Positions 45,751 through 55,642 are shown, numbered from the stretch's first letter. The stretch: 64,000 nt of DNA from Fulvivirga sp. (GCA_039970995.1 JBDVKW010000015.1:158772-222771), one strand, 5' to 3'. Notes: generated by a model from the letters alone, not told the origin. Made by a program: numbers and translations.

Positions 45751-46049
45751 GTTGTTTTTATTTTGTTGTTGACCTACACAATTACACGCTCAGAGGCCCT
45801 GGGAGTTGATTTTTTTAGAGGAGTGGTATAAAATTATGCTGAGTGGGAAGCCTAAAAATTTCTCTACTCCAAACAGGGGGATAACGATTTAACCCTAAAA
45901 TTTCTATTCCATTTCAGAAATGAAACAACCGCTGGAGTTGGCACCAGATTTAGTACTCTTTTTAAGGCTAGTTGTCACCTATTATGGTAGTTTAAATGCT
46001 TACGATAAATTCAAAACTGCTATTTTAGACTAACTATAATTGCCATAGG

Positions 46050-46727
46050 ATGACCTTTGCGAAAAAAGTAATTGATTTTTATAAAAACATTGAGGTGCCA
46101 ACTAACCTTCCTGAAGGGGTAGAAGTGCTACACCCCTTCAATGAGCGTGAGGTGACCAGCATTGTAAATGAATTTTACAATAAGTATTATCAAGATAATA
46201 AAGACCGAACGTTCTTAATAGGAATTAATCCAGGCCGATTTGGTGGAGGTGCTACTGGTATTCCTTTTACCGACCCCATCAGGTTAAAAGAAGTGATTGG
46301 TATTGATAACAGCTTTGATCAAAAAGCCGAATTATCCTCTAAGTTTATTTACCAAATGATCGAAAGGCTGGGAGGGCCAGAGCCATTTTATAGAAACTTT
46401 TACTTCACGTCAGTTTCCCCTTTGGGCTTTGTAAAAGATGGTAAAAACCTAAACTATTACGATATAAAAGAACTACAAAACGTTCTTGAGCAATACATAG
46501 TCGATCACCTAAAAGAACAGATAGCTTTTGGAAGTAGACCCATTGCTTATAGTTTAGGGAAAGGGCAAAATATTAAATACCTCAAATGGCTCAATAAGAA
46601 ATATGAATTATTTGAAGACATTAGGCCCTTACCCCACCCTCGATGGGTGATGCAATACAGGTTGAAAAGGCTAGATGAATTTATTGAGGAGTATTTCAAG
46701 GCGCTGTCACAGCATTTGAACAATTAA
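46050..46727 (+). CDS. Uracil-DNA glycosylase superfamily protein, SMUG-like
   Basis: LIGINPGRFGGGATGIPFTDP resembles SMUG motif 1 (GMNPGP.G..QTG.PF). A C-terminal LPHPRW may be the His motif. 225 aa. Confidence 0.6.
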   Translation: MTFAKKVIDFYKNIEVPTNLPEGVEVLHPFNEREVTSIVNEFYNKYYQDNKDRTFLIGINPGRFGGGATGIPFTDPIRLKEVIGIDNSFDQKAELSSKFIYQMIERLGGPEPFYRNFYFTSVSPLGFVKDGKNLNYYDIKELQNVLEQYIVDHLKEQIAFGSRPIAYSLGKGQNIKYLKWLNKKYELFEDIRPLPHPRWVMQYRLKRLDEFIEEYFKALSQHLNN

Positions 46728-46841
46728 AACTCATAGAAAATCTGCTTAGAGTTTCTTAGAGTTTCTTTGAGTATACTTTGTGCGACTTTGTGATATTTAT
46801 CGTGGAGTTTTTTGAAACTGTGGAGACCGTAACCTCCTTTA

Positions 46842-49466
46842 TTACAAGATAAACCTGTAGGTATATTTAATTAAGAATATATTGTGAGGCGTTTTATCGA
46901 ACAGCCCTTCGGTAAGGTGACTAAAATCTTTTTGGTCTACACTTGGAAAACCCGTACGACTCTGCGTCCAGACCAAAAACAATGTTGAGCCCGGTATGTA
47001 CTCCCATCTCACAACCATGTTTGATCTTAGTTGCACGAAATTAAAGTCAGGATTATCTATGGTATAATCTGTTGTGCCATCACTATTTTCATCCACAAGG
47101 TAGGATTCTTGTCCTTCATCATAGGAAGGGTTTAGCAGTGCATATCTGCTGTTATAGTTTTCTGCATTGGGATCAGTGATTCTTTTGAAGTCTGTGTAGC
47201 TACCTGAGGCTGCAAAAGGTTGTCCCCAATACTGTATGGATAAGTTGGGTGTAAGCATGTAAGTCAGCCTCAAAGACATGTTATAGGTTCTTTGATTTAT
47301 GGTGGCTACGATATATCGGGAATTATTTTCGTGTGATGCCGTTGTTACGTATTGCATAGTGTTCTCATTCTGACTCACGCTTGGAGACAAAGAGATATTT
47401 AAGCTGTTGTTAGGCCTATACCTGAATTCGAGCCACAGCCCCTCGTTTTGTTGGTACCCATCAAATCCTTTCCCCCACCAAGGGTTGATAGCAAATCTGA
47501 ATTTTTTACGATTGTCCGTCCCCATCCAAAACCACTGGCTAACTCTACCGGGATAGGTTACAGATGGTCCACCACGGAGGTCAGCATTAGAGATACTATT
47601 ACTGTTAATGGAAAAACCCGTGCTCACTGCGAGGAAGCTCTTAAACTCCACATGACCATTGAAATCAACTCCTTTTTCTAATTCAATTCCTCCAAAATCC
47701 CAGTCAACCCATTGAGTCATATTCAGCCGCATAGATCTAAATGGCCCGAATGGATTCAGCTTACGGTATTGTACCCAGAGCCATTGAGTCATCATATCAG
47801 TTTGAGAAAGAAAACCCATATCATTGAGTGCTAGCTGGGGTGACCTCCAGGTATAACCCAGGTCGTAAACTAAATTGCCACTTCGCTTGCCAAATACAAA
47901 TGTGCCGGAAGTACCTTTCATAGAGGTACGTGTGGTATCAAGCGTGGTGTGACGATTATCCGGTCTTTGAAAAAATCGTTCAGAAGCGGTTTGTGTATTT
48001 TCCAGCGCTTCTTTCGAACCGATGACCTTACTTGCAGCAAACTTTCCACTTACATAATAAGACCGATCTTTCCAGAAATGGGTAACATCTACACCGGCTG
48101 AGTAAGCATCATCGTGTAAAAAATTAAGCCGTTGATCCTCTATGTTCCTATTGGTAGCAGTGAACATGCCGCCAATAATAGTTTTCCCTTGATTAATGTC
48201 TTGCTGCACTCGTCCTACAAGGTAGTTGGTCATTGGCTCTACGACTTCTTCTCTGCGCACCCCCAGACTATCTACCTGCACGGTTTCTTCAGCTGTGACG
48301 GACTCCAACACACCCCAGGAGAAACCATTTTTGTTTTTACCGGTGATCTTTGCAGCACCAAGTATTTTGGTATTATCCTTATTTTCGACATATTCGGTTA
48401 CATTATCTGGCCCGTCATCATCAGTATCTACATAGCCTTGCGGCCGTCTGCCAATTCTGCGGGAGTAGAATAAGTTGTCAGACCGAAAACCAACAAGTCT
48501 AAAGTCAAGGATGTTGTTTCCTTCTATAAAAAATGGACGTTGTTCCCTAAAAAATAATTGAAAGGCCGAAAGGTTGACTTGTGATGGATCCGCTTCTACC
48601 TGCCCAAAGTCAGGGTTTACCGTAAGGTCTAGTGTGATATCACTGGTGATTCCGATTTTCGCGTCAAGGCCAAAATCAAGTCCGCTGTCTTTGCCATCTC
48701 TGAAGGGATTACCTTCTTCTTTTTCAAATCGCTCAACCCTACCCACTACATAGGGTTGTATTTCCAGTTGTTTTTGAGGTTTGATACCTTTAATGCCTCG
48801 TAGCTCGCCAAAGAGATGTACCCAACCCGCGGCACCTTGAGGTATGTATTGCCAAACCGATCTTTCTTCATTTCTGAAAAATCTTCTGGTAAACTGTAGC
48901 CCCCAAACGTGCTCTTCTTTGTTGGCAAACCTCAACTGACTCAAAGGGATTCTTAATTCTGCTATCCAACCCTCATCATTTATGCTCGTTCTCAGATACC
49001 AAATGGGGTCCCAGTTGGAGTCCCAGTTATTACCGTTATTAGATATATACTCATCTCCTTTTACTCCGGATACAGAGGAGGTGAAAGAAAAGGCCGTGCG
49101 CTTATCGTAGTAGCTATCAATATTTACTTCTATCCAATCGCCATCAAATCCGTCTCGTCTCGACATACGGCTAACAATTTTATCAGGCTCGGGGTCTAAA
49201 TTTTTGCTGAGTATGTAAAGGTTTTTTTCATCATAAAGGATTTTAAAATGAGTCTGAACTGTAGGAGCTGCTGCATCGTCAGGCGAGCGTTGTATGAAAT
49301 CTCCACCACCCCATTCGACCTGTTCCCATGCTGGGTCATCACCCAAACCATCTATTTTTGGGGGTTCGCCCTGGACGCGCTGTGTAGTATACGATTGAAG
49401 TGAATCTTGTGCGTAGGAAATAGAACAAATACACACAAATAGTGCTAGCAGGTATGTTGACCTCAT
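46842..49466 (-). CDS. Large secreted protein: CBM9/DOMON-like N-domain + DUF5916-type beta-rich C-region
   Basis: PKIDGLGDDPAWEQVEWGGGDFIQRSPDD...FKILYDEKNLYI at the N-terminus; long beta-strand-rich remainder ending in aromatic-rich IKYTYRFIL; 874 aa. Confidence 0.7.
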   Translation of the reverse strand: MRSTYLLALFVCICSISYAQDSLQSYTTQRVQGEPPKIDGLGDDPAWEQVEWGGGDFIQRSPDDAAAPTVQTHFKILYDEKNLYILSKNLDPEPDKIVSRMSRRDGFDGDWIEVNIDSYYDKRTAFSFTSSVSGVKGDEYISNNGNNWDSNWDPIWYLRTSINDEGWIAELRIPLSQLRFANKEEHVWGLQFTRRFFRNEERSVWQYIPQGAAGWVHLFGELRGIKGIKPQKQLEIQPYVVGRVERFEKEEGNPFRDGKDSGLDFGLDAKIGITSDITLDLTVNPDFGQVEADPSQVNLSAFQLFFREQRPFFIEGNNILDFRLVGFRSDNLFYSRRIGRRPQGYVDTDDDGPDNVTEYVENKDNTKILGAAKITGKNKNGFSWGVLESVTAEETVQVDSLGVRREEVVEPMTNYLVGRVQQDINQGKTIIGGMFTATNRNIEDQRLNFLHDDAYSAGVDVTHFWKDRSYYVSGKFAASKVIGSKEALENTQTASERFFQRPDNRHTTLDTTRTSMKGTSGTFVFGKRSGNLVYDLGYTWRSPQLALNDMGFLSQTDMMTQWLWVQYRKLNPFGPFRSMRLNMTQWVDWDFGGIELEKGVDFNGHVEFKSFLAVSTGFSINSNSISNADLRGGPSVTYPGRVSQWFWMGTDNRKKFRFAINPWWGKGFDGYQQNEGLWLEFRYRPNNSLNISLSPSVSQNENTMQYVTTASHENNSRYIVATINQRTYNMSLRLTYMLTPNLSIQYWGQPFAASGSYTDFKRITDPNAENYNSRYALLNPSYDEGQESYLVDENSDGTTDYTIDNPDFNFVQLRSNMVVRWEYIPGSTLFLVWTQSRTGFPSVDQKDFSHLTEGLFDKTPHNIFLIKYTYRFIL

Positions 49467-49581
49467 TTTGTTGTAAGTTTTGACCTATAAGCTTTTACTC
49501 TATATATTGCCAATGGTTACAAGATTTACACAATTGGCGACAAATAACCTGTTTTATGCCATACACGTTGAATTGTGATAT

Positions 49582-49944
49582 ATGAAAGGAAAAATCAACT
49601 TAAAAGAGAAATTGGGCCACTTTACAGATCATTGGTCACCGAGAATCATTGGAGAGCTCAACGGACAGTATGTAAAGCTCGCTAAAGTAAAGGGTGAAAT
49701 GGTGTGGCATAGTCACGCCGATGAAGACGAGCTTTTTTACATTATTAAAGGCCAACTGACACTAAAATTTAGAGATGGAGAAGTAACGCTCAAAGAAGGT
49801 GATATGTACATTGTCCCTATGGGTGTGGAGCATATGCCGATTGCTGAAGAGGAATGCCACCTGATGTTATTTGAGCCAAAATCAACCGCTCATACAGGTG
49901 ATGTAGAGTCACCATTGACTAATAATGACCAACAGTGGATTTGA
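49582..49944 (+). CDS. Cupin domain protein
   Basis: 120 aa; WHSHADEDELFYIIKG ... GDMYIVPMGVEHMP (two-motif cupin pattern). Confidence 0.8.
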   Translation: MKGKINLKEKLGHFTDHWSPRIIGELNGQYVKLAKVKGEMVWHSHADEDELFYIIKGQLTLKFRDGEVTLKEGDMYIVPMGVEHMPIAEEECHLMLFEPKSTAHTGDVESPLTNNDQQWI

Positions 49945-49969
49945 ATTTTAGTAGGTGATATTAATGGTT

Positions 49970-49992
49970 GTCGCGCGTTTGCAACGCGTGAC
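49970..49992. terminator. GC-rich hairpin between convergent genes (weak terminator candidate)
   Basis: GTCGCGCGTT-TGC-AACGCGTGAC, a 10-bp stem with one G-T pair. No clear U-tract on either strand. Confidence 0.35.
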
Positions 49993-50005
49993 TTATCGCT
50001 TGCGA

Positions 50006-50572
50006 TTACTTTCTGCCTACATAAAACACCAACAAGCTAACCCCCAAAAAAGTCGACCCTATACTGCCAAATATAACAACAACCAGCCAGCGGTCGGTGA
50101 ATGTATCGATTACAATGTCGTAAGGATCACTGGCATTGATATAAACGTCCACTTGTTCTCCAACATAGTAACTGGGCGGGTCTGAGGAGGTGCTGCTCTG
50201 ATGGGTATAAGTGGTTCCTTCAAATTCATATTCAAAAAGTGGATTAGCCGGGTTTGATACTACGGTTGCTACGGTTTTATTTCCCTGGTTTATAATATTG
50301 TGCTGATCTGTATATACAAAAAAAGCGGCACCTATAGCTATCAGCCCAATAATGATAAAGATGGAAGGTATTGCCTTGGAGCCCTTTTTAAGAATACGGG
50401 TTTCAGGTTGTATTTCAGCGGGATCAATAGTTTCTCTCAAGGCTCGCACCAGCCTGGTAGCTGTTTTTAAATCAAGGTTAAGTTCAGACCGGACATATTT
50501 TATGGCCTCGATTGATTTTCCTGCTCGTATTAAGTCTTTTGTTTTTTCTTTTTGTTCGACTGTAACATTCAT
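50006..50572 (-). CDS. DUF3592-type membrane protein with an N-terminal L7/L12-C-terminal-domain-like segment
   Basis: GKSIEAIKYVRSELNLDLKTATRLVRAL resembles the L7/L12 CTD helix pair. Then TM helix, beta-rich core (VATVVSNP..YEFEGTTYTHQSS..YYVGEQVDVYIN) and second TM helix, which is the DUF3592 layout. Confidence 0.65.
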   Translation of the reverse strand: MNVTVEQKEKTKDLIRAGKSIEAIKYVRSELNLDLKTATRLVRALRETIDPAEIQPETRILKKGSKAIPSIFIIIGLIAIGAAFFVYTDQHNIINQGNKTVATVVSNPANPLFEYEFEGTTYTHQSSTSSDPPSYYVGEQVDVYINASDPYDIVIDTFTDRWLVVVIFGSIGSTFLGVSLLVFYVGRK

Positions 50573-50633
50573 GCTAAATACAATTTACTCATTTTTCATT
50601 TTTGATGATAGCGGCCTTATGTATATTTAAAAC

Positions 50634-51020
50634 ATGAACTTTCACACAAGAAAATGGGTAAAACCTGAAGACTTAAACCCCAACGGCACCTTGTTTGGGG
50701 GCAGTTTATTAAAATGGATTGATGAAGAAGCAGCTATCTATGCTATTATTCAGCTAGACACCAACAGGTGTGTTACCAAATATATGTCAGAGATCAACTT
50801 TGTGAGCTCAGCACGACAAGGGGATATTATAGAGCTAGGTATGGTGGCCACGAAGTTTGGGAAAACATCTCTTACACTGAAATGTGAGGTCCGAAATAAG
50901 CTGACTCGAAAAACGATTTTGGCGGTTGATAAAATCGTTTTTGTAAGCTTAGGAGAAGACGGCTTACCGATGGAGCATGGAAAGACTGAGATTGTCTATG
51001 TGAAAGATCGGTTTGAATAA
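50634..51020 (+). CDS. Acyl-CoA thioesterase (hotdog fold, YciA-like)
   Basis: 128 aa; LNPNGTLFGGSLLKWIDEEAAI and FGKTSLTL.CEV are typical of hotdog thioesterases. Confidence 0.8.
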   Translation: MNFHTRKWVKPEDLNPNGTLFGGSLLKWIDEEAAIYAIIQLDTNRCVTKYMSEINFVSSARQGDIIELGMVATKFGKTSLTLKCEVRNKLTRKTILAVDKIVFVSLGEDGLPMEHGKTEIVYVKDRFE

Positions 51021-51021
51021 G

Positions 51022-52059
51022 TTATATCATTTCACAACCCTCTACATCCAAAATTAATGATTCGCCATAGGCCGTTGATGGAGTTTGATACCCGACTTTA
51101 AAATTTCCATCTAATATTTTTTGAGAAATAAGCACAGCGGTAAGGGCCGTAAGGGTATATCCATTCGGTGTTTTAAGTCTCTTTTCTTCGGTGTTTTTGC
51201 CATCAGTGATGCTGCCCCATAAATACATTGAGGCGTTGCTTCTCTTTTTCTCAGAAGGTCCGGCTGGCTTTTTATCTAGTTGATTTTTGAGAATGTTTTT
51301 TACCCAACGTGCCGAAAGTATTGGTTTCAGCCAGTTGGCCCATTTCATTTGCTTTATTTGTTTTTCGGTGCTGCCAGTAAATACCTCGATGTTTTCAATA
51401 CCCGTACTATAATGAGCACTGGAGATATCTCCCCATGAGATAGCTACAGAGATTTGTTCAAAGGATCCGTAGTTGATCGTCTTTACCGATTTTCCATGTT
51501 TTCTTTGTTTGAGCGTTCCATCTTCTCGGTAATATTGACCATTATGAATGTTTTCGATCATAGTTTTGGCGGTTCCGCGAGACAAACTACCGCCCTGACT
51601 TGCAAATGCAAGTTTAAGGTCATTTCCAGTTGGCAATTCTTTTTTCAGCATGTTGGCCAGGCAGTCGGAAGGTACCACATCAAACCCTGCGCCAGGGAGT
51701 AGCATGATGTTTTCTTCCTTCGCATTGGCATCCATTTGTTGGAGCATTTCAAAAACCTGATATTCACCTGTGATATCGATATAGTGCGTTTTGGAAAGAA
51801 TGCATGCCTTGGCCATCACTTCTGCTGTAAACTCAAAAGGCCCAGCACAGTGAATGACTAATTCAATGCCTTCCAGATGTTTGGCTATTGATTCAGGGTC
51901 GGTCAACTCAAAGGCAATTTGAGGCAGTTGCAACTCTTCAGCCATGGGTTGTAGTGATTTAGCATTTCTACCCGCCAACACCAGCGATAGATTTTTCTTT
52001 AATGCCTCATCAACAATGAGTTTGCCTGTATATCCGTATGCTCCGTAAACTAAAATCAT
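51022..52059 (-). CDS. Saccharopine dehydrogenase-like NAD(P)-binding oxidoreductase
   Basis: ATG at 52059 gives MILVYGAYGYTGKLIVDEA (Rossmann GxxGxxG). The track extension to 52290 would overlap the divergent pfk gene. Confidence 0.8.
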   Translation of the reverse strand: MILVYGAYGYTGKLIVDEALKKNLSLVLAGRNAKSLQPMAEELQLPQIAFELTDPESIAKHLEGIELVIHCAGPFEFTAEVMAKACILSKTHYIDITGEYQVFEMLQQMDANAKEENIMLLPGAGFDVVPSDCLANMLKKELPTGNDLKLAFASQGGSLSRGTAKTMIENIHNGQYYREDGTLKQRKHGKSVKTINYGSFEQISVAISWGDISSAHYSTGIENIEVFTGSTEKQIKQMKWANWLKPILSARWVKNILKNQLDKKPAGPSEKKRSNASMYLWGSITDGKNTEEKRLKTPNGYTLTALTAVLISQKILDGNFKVGYQTPSTAYGESLILDVEGCEMI

Positions 52060-52117
52060 GTCATTGGGTTCGTTAAACTGTAGTAATATTCTAAATTGTA
52101 AAGAACTATCACAACAA

Positions 52118-53218
52118 ATGAAGGAAAAGAAGATTTTAGTTTTGACAGGAGGTGGAGATTGCCCCGGATTAAATGCTGTAATACGAGGCATTGTAAAAGC
52201 TGCCAGAAGGCAAAAGGGATGGAAAGTGCTGGGCAGTATTGAAGCTTTTAACGGGTTGCTGAAAGATCCGATGGAAGTAGTAAAGCTCAACCGAAAAAGA
52301 ACTGCCGGAATTCATGTAAAAGGGGGGACAATAATAAAAACCACCAGCAAGGGTAATCCTTTTGATTTCCCTGTAGAGCAGCCGGACGGTTCATGGCAAA
52401 CACAGGATATGTCTGATGTGGTGATAGAAAAACTCAAAGAACTAGACGTAGAAGCTGTAATAAATATCGGAGGTGATGGTTCTCAACGCATTTCTCAAAA
52501 GTTTCATGAAAAAGGGGTGAACATAATTGGGGTACCCAAAACGATCGACAACGACTTGTCAGGCACAGACTTTACTTTTGGTTTTCGCACAGCAGTACAG
52601 ATTGCTACTGATAGCTTTGACAAACTGGTAACTACTGCAGAAAGTCACCATCGTGTGATGATTATGGAAGTGATGGGTCGGGATGCCGGATGGATTGCTT
52701 TGCACACTGCCATAGCAGGTGGAGCTGAAGTCTGTCTGATTCCAGAAATACCCTATGACATTGACAAGGTTGTGAGACACATCAACAAGCGATATGATAA
52801 AGGCAAAGGCTTTGTAAACATTGTAATGGCAGAAGGTGCTAAGCCCATCGATGGCGAAGCCTTCAGTACAGAGGCCAAAGCGGTGGGTTATGAACATAAA
52901 AGGTTAGGTGGTGCAGCCTATCAACTGTCTGATCAACTTAAAAATGCAGGATGCAAAGCTGACATCAGAGAGGCCGTGCTTGGCCATACCCAAAGAGGTG
53001 GCACACCAATAGCATTTGACCGGGTGCTGGCCACACTTTTTGGAGTGAAGGCATTTGAAATGACACTACATGGAGAGTTTGGTAAAATGGTTTCCTACAG
53101 AAATAATGAGATATGTTCTGTGCCGCTGATTGATGCTATAAAAGATTATAATTATATTGACACGGATTCTTATTTGGTGCATGCTGCAAAAAGTATAGGG
53201 ATCTCTTTTGGAGATTAA
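52118..53218 (+). CDS. pfkA: 6-phosphofructokinase
   Basis: ATG at 52118 gives MKEKKILVLTGGGDCPGLNAVIRG; also IGGDGS, PKTIDNDL, MGRDAGWIAL and GHTQRGG. Confidence 0.9.
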   Translation: MKEKKILVLTGGGDCPGLNAVIRGIVKAARRQKGWKVLGSIEAFNGLLKDPMEVVKLNRKRTAGIHVKGGTIIKTTSKGNPFDFPVEQPDGSWQTQDMSDVVIEKLKELDVEAVINIGGDGSQRISQKFHEKGVNIIGVPKTIDNDLSGTDFTFGFRTAVQIATDSFDKLVTTAESHHRVMIMEVMGRDAGWIALHTAIAGGAEVCLIPEIPYDIDKVVRHINKRYDKGKGFVNIVMAEGAKPIDGEAFSTEAKAVGYEHKRLGGAAYQLSDQLKNAGCKADIREAVLGHTQRGGTPIAFDRVLATLFGVKAFEMTLHGEFGKMVSYRNNEICSVPLIDAIKDYNYIDTDSYLVHAAKSIGISFGD

Positions 53219-55551
53219 TGAAGAATTTTGTCTGTCTTATAGTTGGTTTGTTTTGTTATGGCTCTTCGCTTGCCGTTTCTGATACGGTACGCGTAAATTC
53301 AAAAGACCGTATAGACCTCAATAGATCGCTGCAATATTATATTGACGAAGCCCGTACCCTAACCATAGATGAGGTTAGAAAGGCTTCTTTCCGCAAGGTA
53401 GAAAACGATGTGTTACGCCTTGACTTAACAGATGACAACATTTGGCTAAAGGTTACACTTAAGAGCACGTTGGAAACACCAGCAAATTATATGCTGGAGT
53501 TTTCTGATCCTTCTATATTTTACATAAAACTTTATCGATTCACCGCAGGTAAGCTAGAAGAAGTGCTTGAATCAGGCACCAGCGCTTCGCAAGAAGAAAA
53601 AGCTGTAAAGGGCAATAAAAATAATTTCAGGATTAATCTGTTGCCTAATGTTCCCACAGACCTATATTTCAGAGTAAGCTCAAAAACGAGCATAACCTTT
53701 TCATCATTTATTGAACCAGAAATCAAGGCTAATCAGAGGTATAGTACTGAGCAAGTTTTGTTGGGAGCCTTCTATGGCATCATTTTTTTGCTGGTGATAT
53801 ACAGCACCACACTATTTTTTATCACTAAGCTTAGAGTTTTCTTAACCTATGCGTTCTACGTGTTTTCATTATCGATTTTCACATCAATAGCCGATGGTTT
53901 GTTTCCCATGTACTTTCACTGGGTACATATGTTGTTTGATGGATATTTCGATATCACCTTTTTTATAACCTCAAACGTATTAGGGCTTCTATTCATGGTC
54001 GATTTCCTCAGAATAAGGAGATGGAATAAAGCACTATTAAAAATTATTTATAGCTATGCCATTTTTATAATACTGTTGGTAGGGCTGTTGTTTGTGATAT
54101 CCAAGCCTGTCATGTTTTTAACGGTGCAATTTCTTGGGTTGATAACATTGCTCTTTTATTTGGTTGTTGGTGCAATTGCAGTGAGAAAAAAGGTAAGACA
54201 ATCCATATTTTTCTTATTAGCATATAGCGCATTTGGGGTCTTCATTTTAATATTTACGCTCTCCTTATTACGACTTATTGATTTTAGTGTGGTTGTGCAG
54301 TATGCCATTCATTTCGGATATGGCCTCAGTATGATTATACTATCATACGGATTAATTAAGCGGTTGTATACGGTTTATCAAAAACTTATTGATAAGGAAA
54401 AAGAGAAGAAAGAGCTCATCAGGCAAAAAAACAAAGAACTTGAGGAAACGGTTGAAAAGCGCACATCTGCAATCACAAAAAAGGAAGTCAATCTACGGGC
54501 CATTTTAGATAACACAGATAGCTCAATTTGGCTGGTTGATTCAAATTTTAATCTTATCGACTTCAACAGGTTTTTTGCCTTTTTATGGAAAGTCGCTTAT
54601 GGCACAACTCTAGAAAGAGGTAAAAATATATTAGATCTAATGCCAGATTCTGAAATTAAGGACAAATGGAAGGAAAGATATAAGGTTGGACTTAAGGGTG
54701 AAAAAGGTGTTTTTGTAGATTCTTATAACTATGAAGGGAAAACAAGACATTTTGAAATTAGAACATTCCCAATAAAAGAAAGCGATAGAGTCACGGGGGT
54801 TTCTGTTTTTTCTAAAGACATCACCGAGCAATTGCAGTCAGAGAAACAATTAAAGACTCAAAACGAAATGCTCAGAAAAGTAAATAAAGAACTGGATAGC
54901 TTTGTCTACAGTGCATCTCACGATTTAAAAGCCCCATTGGCATCTGTATTAGGCCTTATCAATCTGGTAAAAGAAGAAGCCAATATGGAAACCAGGTTGG
55001 AGTATTATGCCATGATGGAGAAGTCAGTGGTTCGTTTGGATACCTTCATCAAAGATATTATCGATTACTCAAGAAACGAGCGGACGGATATTAGCTATGA
55101 ACCGATAGGCTTACAAGAAACTATTGAGACCATCTTTGACGACCTAAAATATTTAAAAGGTGTCGAGGGCATCGAAAAGCAAATAAATATTATATCAAAT
55201 ACGCCTTTAAAAAATGATAAGGTGAGAGTAAAAGTTGCCTTGCGCAACCTGATTAGCAATGCTATAAGATATGGTTGCCCCCCTGACGGCAAAAGACAAA
55301 TCGAAATAACCGCTAAAGTAGACGAGCAAAAAGCCGATGTGAGCATCAAGGACTATGGCCCTGGTATAAATAAAAAACACCACCCGTATGTCTTTGAAAT
55401 GTTTTACCGTGCGCATGAAAGATCAGAGGGCACTGGATTAGGACTGTACATCGTGCGAGAAACGCTGGAAAAAATAAATGGTAAAATTGAATTAGTAGAG
55501 GGTAGTGAGGAAGGTTGTGAGTTTGTTTTAACCATACCAAACCAGAATTAA
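53218..55551 (+). CDS. Sensor histidine kinase with 7TMR-DISM extracellular and 7-TM domains, PAS, HisKA, HATPase
   Basis: Signal peptide + extracellular domain, 7 TM helices (res. about 185-390), coiled coil, PAS-like region, H-box SASHDLKAPL, N-box LISNAIRYG, G-box GTGLGLYIV. Start overlaps the pfk stop by 1 nt (TAATG). Confidence 0.85.
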   Translation: MKNFVCLIVGLFCYGSSLAVSDTVRVNSKDRIDLNRSLQYYIDEARTLTIDEVRKASFRKVENDVLRLDLTDDNIWLKVTLKSTLETPANYMLEFSDPSIFYIKLYRFTAGKLEEVLESGTSASQEEKAVKGNKNNFRINLLPNVPTDLYFRVSSKTSITFSSFIEPEIKANQRYSTEQVLLGAFYGIIFLLVIYSTTLFFITKLRVFLTYAFYVFSLSIFTSIADGLFPMYFHWVHMLFDGYFDITFFITSNVLGLLFMVDFLRIRRWNKALLKIIYSYAIFIILLVGLLFVISKPVMFLTVQFLGLITLLFYLVVGAIAVRKKVRQSIFFLLAYSAFGVFILIFTLSLLRLIDFSVVVQYAIHFGYGLSMIILSYGLIKRLYTVYQKLIDKEKEKKELIRQKNKELEETVEKRTSAITKKEVNLRAILDNTDSSIWLVDSNFNLIDFNRFFAFLWKVAYGTTLERGKNILDLMPDSEIKDKWKERYKVGLKGEKGVFVDSYNYEGKTRHFEIRTFPIKESDRVTGVSVFSKDITEQLQSEKQLKTQNEMLRKVNKELDSFVYSASHDLKAPLASVLGLINLVKEEANMETRLEYYAMMEKSVVRLDTFIKDIIDYSRNERTDISYEPIGLQETIETIFDDLKYLKGVEGIEKQINIISNTPLKNDKVRVKVALRNLISNAIRYGCPPDGKRQIEITAKVDEQKADVSIKDYGPGINKKHHPYVFEMFYRAHERSEGTGLGLYIVRETLEKINGKIELVEGSEEGCEFVLTIPNQN

Positions 55552-55642
55552 TTGTCTCTATTCAGACAAAAGGCATATATATTACCTTTATTAGAAACAA
55601 ACAATGCCAAATTTCGCTTTATAACAACAAAGCAAGTAGACG

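Noticed and set aside
51022-52290. Long versions of the two divergent ORFs (51022..52290 minus and 52058..53218 plus), which overlap each other by 233 nt
   Set aside because: Internal ATGs at 52059 (MILVYGAYGYTGK, Rossmann N-terminus) and 52118 (MKEKKILVLTGGGDCPGLN, canonical PFK N-terminus) give family-typical starts and remove the overlap. The extensions have no protein-like character.
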